Below, piece after piece: positions 57,947 through 64,000 of a stretch of DNA of 64,000 nucleotides. The stretch covers positions 20,756 through 84,755 of the IMG/VR virus record IMGVR_UViG_3300032236_001100; one strand, 5' to 3'. The translations under genes were made by a program, and so were the position numbers. Within the stretch, counting starts at the first letter, position 1; each line of letters begins with the position of its first letter. This DNA comes from a virus. Below the pieces are notes generated by a model that saw only the letters and a program-made list of their open reading frames with translations, did no database searches and was not told the DNA's origin.

Positions 57947-58630
57947 TTAGCTCACGGCCTGATCAGAAACGAGTGGGCAAGGGACTTCGTAGGGGCTATA
58001 CCGCGAGCCATCGCTGTTGAACAGGTTGCCATCGTCGTCCGAGTGCAGGATCTTCACGTCTGAGCCTGACTGAGACGGATTTGGACCGAGGTTGAGGGCA
58101 ATGGCGCGGATCTTGTCGGCCAGCCGACTGTTCATGGCGGCATCCAGACCATCGGCAATCAGTATTAGCTCGGAGACCGGGTCTAAGGCCACTTGCTTGA
58201 GAATGCCCTTGGTTTCGCTCGCAATCAATTGCAAGGACAAAGGCGTGTCTTCTTCGGCTTCTAGTACGCGAGGGCCACCAGGGAGCCCCAGAGACGGCAC
58301 AGACCCATTCTGAATTCGCTTGAACGCTTCGTCCCACCCGTTGCGAATGTCGGCAATAATGTGTTCGTACCAGTAGAGCAGATCCCACCGCTTCTCGGGA
58401 TCAAGTGTAGCGATGAAAGCCTGAATCCGGCTGATCACCCAGGCTTTCATCGCTTCCGGCGTTTCGCCGTACAGTGATCCCTGGCGCGTGAGCTTGAGGT
58501 ACTCATCGGCGGCACGCCAGAATGCCTCGACGTAGCCACAGTCCGATCCCAGGCCGTCCAGCATGCCTTCGTCGATCTGGACCTTGAATGTTGCCTGGCC
58601 CTGCCAAGAACCCATAAATTGGACAATCAT
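57947..58630 (-). CDS. Hypothetical protein
   Basis: 227 aa, acidic. Confidence 0.65.
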   Translation of the reverse strand: MIVQFMGSWQGQATFKVQIDEGMLDGLGSDCGYVEAFWRAADEYLKLTRQGSLYGETPEAMKAWVISRIQAFIATLDPEKRWDLLYWYEHIIADIRNGWDEAFKRIQNGSVPSLGLPGGPRVLEAEEDTPLSLQLIASETKGILKQVALDPVSELILIADGLDAAMNSRLADKIRAIALNLGPNPSQSGSDVKILHSDDDGNLFNSDGSRYSPYEVPCPLVSDQAVS

Positions 58631-58639
58631 ATCCGCTTG

Positions 58640-59280
58640 TCTCTGGTGCTATGTATTACAATTGTAAGACATGGTTATTTTCTCTGCGCAGACCCGTCCC
58701 ATTATGGGTCATGTATCTTATCTCTGCCTTTACTTCTTGTATTGCTGGGTCTGTCTGGTACTTGCTGTACTTGACTGGCCCTGTGTTGTGCTTGTCTCGC
58801 TTCTCAACACCTGCTGAAGCAATAACAGGTCAACACACAATACAAGATCCAAGACTGAGATCAGTTCCACGAGGCGTCTGTAACAGCTCGAACCTGCAAA
58901 CTCGTCACTACTGCCAGGAGAACCACTTGCGTGGCCATGACCCCCAGGTCGTCAGGGGAACGACGTAGCCTGGAATTTTGAAAAGATGGCATTCGCGACG
59001 TTCGGGTACTGCGTGCCGGGTAACATCGCAGCTGGATCTATCCAGGCACTTGCCTGGTCAACCCTAGTTCCCCCGCAGTATGGCGGGGTCAGGTAAACAG
59101 TAACCAGCATGGCTGGGGAAGCGAACACGGCTAAAGCAAACCCGTGCCACAGAGGCCACCCCTGAAGGGTGTTGAAGACGTGTGGCTTTTACGGCTACGG
59201 CTTTTCACCACGACCGATCACTGTTTTCGCTGGAAAGACAATCCGGTGAAGGCGAACTGCACCTCCACCATAGTAATAAT
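58640..59280. ncRNA. Candidate long structured noncoding RNA or structured DNA element
   Basis: About 650 bp without a credible CDS, with at least 10 inverted-repeat stems. Confidence 0.4.
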
Positions 59281-59320
59281 AACTTGAAATTAAGTTGGCG
59301 GCAAGTCAATGCGGCTATTT

Positions 59321-59872
59321 TTACCACCAGCGGGTCCATTGGTACTTGCCAGGAACGATTTCATCGGCAAAACAGACCGTGCATTCGCCCACAACCCAGG
59401 CCAGACGGCCCGACTTCAGCTCGAACTTGACCGGCTTACCCTTGCCCTGGTCGCCTTGCAGCCGATACTTCCAGTATCCGGTCGCATCAGGAAGGCTATC
59501 AGACCATGATTCGACCACAAATTGCCGCTTTGGCCGAAAAAACGCCTTGTTTTTGGCTTTTTTCCTGTTTTTCTTCTGCGAACGGGTCTTTTTTCGGTGA
59601 CTGAGCGTGACTTCCACCACGCCGACCGGCTTTCCCGTGTCGCTCCAGTCCGGTTCGCACTCCCACGGGGCATCAGTCTCCGCGCGGAGACTGTTTTGAG
59701 CCTGCCCTGACTCAATCGCCCAGGAAAAATACATCTGTTTGCCGGTGGTAGGCCGGTTCTTCCATGCGTCCAGCACCAGCTTGGCCTCGGCGGCAAGCTG
59801 GGCACGCCGGTCAAAGGCCCTGCGGATGGCATTGGAAGCCAGGGAGATCGGGTTGGCGGCAAGCTCGCCCAT
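59321..59872 (-). CDS. Hypothetical protein with K/R-rich segment
   Basis: Start placed at MGELAANP; contains palindrome copy 5 in frame (SLRAET). Confidence 0.55.
   Translation of the reverse strand: MGELAANPISLASNAIRRAFDRRAQLAAEAKLVLDAWKNRPTTGKQMYFSWAIESGQAQNSLRAETDAPWECEPDWSDTGKPVGVVEVTLSHRKKTRSQKKNRKKAKNKAFFRPKRQFVVESWSDSLPDATGYWKYRLQGDQGKGKPVKFELKSGRLAWVVGECTVCFADEIVPGKYQWTRWW
59676..59691. repeat. 16-bp palindrome, copy 5 (extends to 20 bp)
   Basis: CAGTCTCCGCGCGGAGACTG at 59674-59693. Confidence 0.95.
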
Positions 59873-60008
59873 TGCAAGCCTCGAAACGCATGTTGCTAAT
59901 GAATGTACATCAACATCATAGCAACAAAAAACGAGGATGCAAAAGGATTCGCTGCACATTCCTGCGCATTGCTGCGAATCCCTGCGTCTGGATGCGTCTG
60001 ATCTACGT

Positions 60009-60024
60009 GTCTCCGCGCGGAGAC
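60009..60024. repeat. 16-bp palindrome, copy 6
   Basis: Exact; 4 bp after the 60029 stop. Confidence 0.95.
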
Positions 60025-60028
60025 TGTT

Positions 60029-60259
60029 TCAGTCTCGCTCTCCGATCTCGGCCAGGAACTTCTTGGCTTTCTCCAGGTTGTTGCCGTACAGGAAGCCTTC
60101 GTCCAGTAGTGATCCCACAAACTTGACCAGCCTGCGGTGGCTCCAGAGCGTTGCCGCCATAACCTCGGCATGATCCTGGTTGTCGGTGGACTTGATCGCA
60201 TGACAAAGCTGCGAGTCGATCAGGTGCAAAACGTCGGCTGGAGGCTTATTGATTTTCAT
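60029..60259 (-). CDS. Hypothetical protein
   Basis: ATGA-coupled. Confidence 0.6.
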   Translation of the reverse strand: MKINKPPADVLHLIDSQLCHAIKSTDNQDHAEVMAATLWSHRRLVKFVGSLLDEGFLYGNNLEKAKKFLAEIGERD

Positions 60260-60699
60260 GCTTTCGATCTTTCGATGCGATGAATGTCACGAACTCTAAA
60301 AGAAATTACCCTTTTGAATGATGGAGCAAATAAGGCGACGACATGCACTACTTCCGTCCTGTACTCATATGAGTGTATTGAGCAATCCATGTTTGTGTAG
60401 AGCCTTTTGCTTCCATACTCATTCCCCGAAATGATGACCTGATCTCCAATCTTGAGCTTCATTCCCAGGATTGTCAGGTGGTACGACATGTTCTCAACCT
60501 GATCTCTGCCCACGGTCATTCGCATCGGCACAACGTCCCAAGAGCGTGCCTGGGCGACCTCCTTGGTCACGCCCAGCACTTCCAACTGGTGCTGCCAGCA
60601 CTTCTCCTCGGTGGACCTGGCTGTCGCCAAGACCGGCTTGCCGTCAAAGACGCAAACGTAGCCGTATAGGCTTGCACTGCTCATGGATTGTCCTTTCAA
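60256..60699 (-). CDS. Hypothetical protein
   Basis: Coupled to ligase stop; true start possibly MSSAS. Confidence 0.55.
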   Translation of the reverse strand: MKGQSMSSASLYGYVCVFDGKPVLATARSTEEKCWQHQLEVLGVTKEVAQARSWDVVPMRMTVGRDQVENMSYHLTILGMKLKIGDQVIISGNEYGSKRLYTNMDCSIHSYEYRTEVVHVVALFAPSFKRVISFRVRDIHRIERSKA

Positions 60700-61796
60700 T
60701 GGAACTCGGTTCCGTTTTTGCGTTCGAGGTAATCCACCGACACGGACTTGAGCAGCACTCGCCCATAGTTCGGCAGGTTTTTGCTATGCCGATCCTTGAT
60801 GGGCCGAATCACAACGCCTTTCCTGCCCTTGAACGCACCGGCTTTAGATGGATCGCACAAAAGCGTCTGGCCATCCGTCAGTTCTTGGACCTTGGCCATT
60901 GAAAATGGGCCTCGGTACAGGAATGGGGCCGTTTCCACGTCGAACATCTCGCAAACACCGTAGCGTTCATCGTGGTCGATGTACTTGTGGTCAATGCTGA
61001 TATCGAACACTCGAACAGCCTGGCCGGTCAAACCATACTGCATGTCCTGAATGCCAGCACCGTACAGTTCACCAAATACAATGACGTTCCGCTTGTCGCC
61101 ACACAGGTGGTCAAGCAGGTTCTTGATCTCAGGGGTCAAGCCCTGCCAGAACTTGCTGCGGACCCCATTGTTGTCAATCTCCTTGCGTCTCTGGGTCCGT
61201 GATCCGCAGACGTAGGCGTACTCAGCCTCCCCTGTCTCCGGGTTGGACATTAGGATCTTGCCAACCCGAATGTTTGAACCGTGGATCTTTTCTTCGATGA
61301 CAACCTCTTCGCCATCCTCAAGGATGCCAGGGAAATTGCCAATGTTCTCGATGTCGGTGTAAGCATGGAATGCAGCAATAGGCGTTGCGACATCGCCGTC
61401 CACGCATCGCATGGGTGGTTCGTACTTGGTGACTCCATAATGATCAATCACCGACATGCCGACCGGCCACGTAGGATCTTCTGGAGCGGCAATAAATCCG
61501 AAGCTACGCTCACCACGGAACCGTGCCGCCTTGATACGCATGCGACGAAGGAACAATATCTTGCCAACCGAGTCTTTAGTCACGGGTGCAAGGTACTTAG
61601 TGACCCCAAACTTATCGGCCAGGGTCTCTGAGATCACGCTATCAGGAGGGAAGAACACGCATTTGTCGCCCTCCTTGAACTGGCCAATCTTGGAGACCAC
61701 CCACCAGTTCTTGACACGGACCATTTCGACTTTATCCGCATTCGGATGCGGCTTGCGTTCTGCCACCTCGCACACATCGACAATCAGCGTTGACAT
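60696..61796 (-). CDS. ATP-dependent RNA ligase, DRB0094 family
   Basis: N-terminal PHPNAD...GD.CVFFPPDS domain; EKIHGSN, FGELYG, VFDI, LLKSVS. Confidence 0.88.
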   Translation of the reverse strand: MSTLIVDVCEVAERKPHPNADKVEMVRVKNWWVVSKIGQFKEGDKCVFFPPDSVISETLADKFGVTKYLAPVTKDSVGKILFLRRMRIKAARFRGERSFGFIAAPEDPTWPVGMSVIDHYGVTKYEPPMRCVDGDVATPIAAFHAYTDIENIGNFPGILEDGEEVVIEEKIHGSNIRVGKILMSNPETGEAEYAYVCGSRTQRRKEIDNNGVRSKFWQGLTPEIKNLLDHLCGDKRNVIVFGELYGAGIQDMQYGLTGQAVRVFDISIDHKYIDHDERYGVCEMFDVETAPFLYRGPFSMAKVQELTDGQTLLCDPSKAGAFKGRKGVVIRPIKDRHSKNLPNYGRVLLKSVSVDYLERKNGTEFH

Positions 61797-61858
61797 TCAA
61801 TCTTCCTTCTTGCTGTTCTGCTGCGAGAATTGATTCGTACTACCTGCCTGATGAATTA

Positions 61859-62371
61859 TTATAGCTTGACTTGATTGCCCAGGATCTTCTGAAGGTTGAC
61901 CGGCCTGTATCTGGCTTCTTCGATGGACAGCTTGTGATGCGTTTGTGGCGACCACCAGGGAGCTTCGTTGTGGATTTTGTCCGTGTGGTGCCAGTGACCG
62001 TGGATGTTAAGCGTGATCCCCGTAGGCAGGACTTCCACCGGCTTGTGCGTGAACAGCGTCGAGCCAATGGTCAACGCATCGCACACGAAGTCGAATCCAG
62101 CTCGGGTGTACCAGCCGCGAGTCTTGCGGTCATGATTTCCTAAAACCAGCACCTTCTTGCCTGGTAGCGAACGGAGGATTTCCGGCAGCATCTCGTGATA
62201 CTTGAAGATGAGGTCTCCCAGGTTGATCACTGTGTCCTTGTCGGCAACCGATGCCCGGTAGTTCGCAAAGATGATGTCCATGTGATTGCTGGGACGATCG
62301 CACCAGTCGATGATCTTGTCGTGGTACAAATGCCAGTCGGTAGTTACCCAGTCGATCCTTGGTCTAGGCAT
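61859..62371 (-). CDS. Calcineurin-like metallophosphoesterase
   Basis: TDWH, LGD, GNHD, THKP, NIHGHWH. Confidence 0.88.
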   Translation of the reverse strand: MPRPRIDWVTTDWHLYHDKIIDWCDRPSNHMDIIFANYRASVADKDTVINLGDLIFKYHEMLPEILRSLPGKKVLVLGNHDRKTRGWYTRAGFDFVCDALTIGSTLFTHKPVEVLPTGITLNIHGHWHHTDKIHNEAPWWSPQTHHKLSIEEARYRPVNLQKILGNQVKL

Positions 62372-62717
62372 GAGATTGTTGCTCTCTTATCTGGCGTTTC
62401 AGTTCGTCGATCTGCCTGACAGCCTCAAAAAGCCCTGTAGGCCGACCTTGTGCCTTGTAGCAGGCATAACAGCCCTGCACTTCCTTGTAGTCGGCATCAA
62501 GGACAGGCCAGAGAAACAATTTATCGTGTTCCTCGCCACACAAAGCGCATGGCACGGGAGCCGTTTGCTTCTTGCTGATCTTGGGCGGCTTGGGCATGCT
62601 ATCACGCAGCCGCTGGCACTCGGCCCGAGACAGCCTGAGTTCCTCATGGAGTCCCTCGATATACTCGATCATATCTATACGACTAGCGACGCGGACGGAG
62701 CCGGGAATCTCACTCAT
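62364..62717 (-). CDS. Hypothetical Zn-finger protein
   Basis: CALC...CYAC; AAGGAG RBS before MSEIP. Confidence 0.55.
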   Translation of the reverse strand: MSEIPGSVRVASRIDMIEYIEGLHEELRLSRAECQRLRDSMPKPPKISKKQTAPVPCALCGEEHDKLFLWPVLDADYKEVQGCYACYKAQGRPTGLFEAVRQIDELKRQIREQQSHA

Positions 62718-63015
62718 GAGATGACTCCTTGATTCCTGCTGTTTCGACATACAGCAACGCAAGGCGTTCTGCGCTCTCGCACAACAGTTTGGCAATTTCG
62801 CTGGCTTGCATGCTGCCGTAGCTGATTCCCGACTCTGGCTTGTCGCCCAGGATGGTTCGCAGTTTACGCTGCGTCACCACCATGACTTCGGCAGCCTCAA
62901 GATTGTCTTCCGCTTGCTCGGAGAACCACTTTTCGGCTGAATTGACCAGATCTACATCTGGTGCTGTCTTGTCCAATGCATGCCGTCGAAGTTTGTCGAA
63001 TGGCGTGCTGCTCAT
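62710..63015 (-). CDS. Hypothetical protein
   Basis: ATGA-coupled. Confidence 0.6.
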   Translation of the reverse strand: MSSTPFDKLRRHALDKTAPDVDLVNSAEKWFSEQAEDNLEAAEVMVVTQRKLRTILGDKPESGISYGSMQASEIAKLLCESAERLALLYVETAGIKESSHE

Positions 63016-63380
63016 TTTTCCTGCTCCTTGTTGGGTTCGATCTCTGGGAAAAGCAATCTATCTGCGGCCCGTATTGCTTCAGCAGTCGCAAAGAGTGGAG
63101 GTCTTCTTACTGACATGTCTGTAATCTTTTGCCACAATTCACCCCACGCTTTCCCTCGCTCGCACTTGGCATCCCATTCTTCTTTGGTTGCGTATAGCTT
63201 GCCAGGCGATAAGTACTGCCCCCCATCGACTTCAAAAGTAACCTTGTCTGCCCTGAGCCCGTTATGTAGCTTGAGCCACTTGCGACCAACCGCAATAATT
63301 GTGACCATGCAAGACGATCTATATTTCTTGCTGCTGGCAAACCATAACTCCTGGCCAACTTTGTATTCCTGGTCGATCAT
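63012..63380 (-). CDS. Hypothetical protein (SH3-like N-terminus)
   Basis: YKVGQELW...VTIIAVGRKW; AGGAG RBS. Confidence 0.65.
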   Translation of the reverse strand: MIDQEYKVGQELWFASSKKYRSSCMVTIIAVGRKWLKLHNGLRADKVTFEVDGGQYLSPGKLYATKEEWDAKCERGKAWGELWQKITDMSVRRPPLFATAEAIRAADRLLFPEIEPNKEQEK

Positions 63381-63382
63381 TG

Positions 63383-63643
63383 CTATCGACTCCTTTCTTG
63401 CTTGCGAGTTTCTCTCTCGTAGTTACGAATAATATTGTTGACGCGAACAACGTACTCGCTCATCGACTCAGACTCCGCATTCCGAGTAGCGATCTGCGAC
63501 AATGCTTCCTTGGCCCTGGCGTAATCGGTTGCCAATAGCTTCAGGACATCAATCGCCTGATCGCACTCTTTGTCTTGTATGAACGGATTATAGTGTTCAT
63601 CTACGAAATCGCCCAAGACTTCGATTGCTTTCTCAGGACTCAT
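63383..63643 (-). CDS. Hypothetical protein
   Basis: Start placed at MSPEK. Confidence 0.55.
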   Translation of the reverse strand: MSPEKAIEVLGDFVDEHYNPFIQDKECDQAIDVLKLLATDYARAKEALSQIATRNAESESMSEYVVRVNNIIRNYERETRKQERSR

Positions 63644-63965
63644 TGGGCTTTTTCCTTTCGAGGCCAGCAATATGCTCTGCGGCTTTCCTGACAGCCTCGT
63701 TCTCATCTTTGCAAGAGATCCACTTCTCGTGCCTGGATTCGTCAGTACCCAGGTATGCTCGCCAAGTCCCATCAGGAAGTTGTTCGTAGTTTCCCCATTC
63801 GGACAAGTATGATTTTGCGCAGTCGCGATACAGGTCGCATTCAGCCTTGAGCCGTTGCACCTCAAGCGTTAAGAACCTGTATTTATTTTGGAGTTCAGCA
63901 CGGCTCATCATCACGTCAGATTCCAGCAATGCGTGCAACACTTCCACGTCTTGTTCTTCGTTCAC
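63633..63965 (-). CDS. Hypothetical protein
   Basis: AAGGAG RBS. Confidence 0.6.
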   Translation of the reverse strand: MNEEQDVEVLHALLESDVMMSRAELQNKYRFLTLEVQRLKAECDLYRDCAKSYLSEWGNYEQLPDGTWRAYLGTDESRHEKWISCKDENEAVRKAAEHIAGLERKKPNES

Positions 63966-64000
63966 GATTCTTGCTCCTTGTGGGGCGTTCGTCCCGCCCC

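Noticed and set aside
58651-58968. 105-aa plus-strand ORF in the structured region
   Set aside because: Opposite to all neighbours, no RBS, no recognisable motif; cannot be fully excluded.
1-64000. CRISPR array or other repeat-spacer array
   Set aside because: No regularly spaced noncoding direct repeats seen. The palindromes are isolated and the tandem repeats are within coding frames.
1-64000. Alternative genetic code
   Set aside because: Core genes are full length under code 11 and TAA, TAG and TGA all act as stops.

Overview
The window is most of a temperate tailed-phage (siphovirus-like) genome, mostly on the minus strand, probably infecting a Planctomycete (integrase N-terminus, RimI and a Planctomycete-type export motif point that way). 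Left to right: nucleotide metabolism (HD nucleotidase, thyX); sigma factor; replication/recombination (dnaN, SF2 helicase, prim-pol, Rad52-like annealase); cro/repressor switch, candidate attP and tyrosine integrase; early accessory genes; second sigma factor; glycosyltransferase; tail and head genes; a large terminase with two inteins; an accessory block (DUF4417, tRNA-like RNA, RimI, bacterioferritin-like, second glycosyltransferase); a 650-bp hairpin-dense noncoding region; RNA ligase plus phosphoesterase. The strongest unexplained signal is a perfect 16-bp palindrome, GTCTCCGCGCGGAGAC, present in six exact copies plus one 14/16 copy that lies inside a ParB/KorB-HTH-like gene. It is distinct from a second, 12-bp operator-like family at the divergent promoters. 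All family calls are from motif recognition by eye; no searches were run. Several starts were adjusted from the ORF track using RBS or stop/start overlaps.
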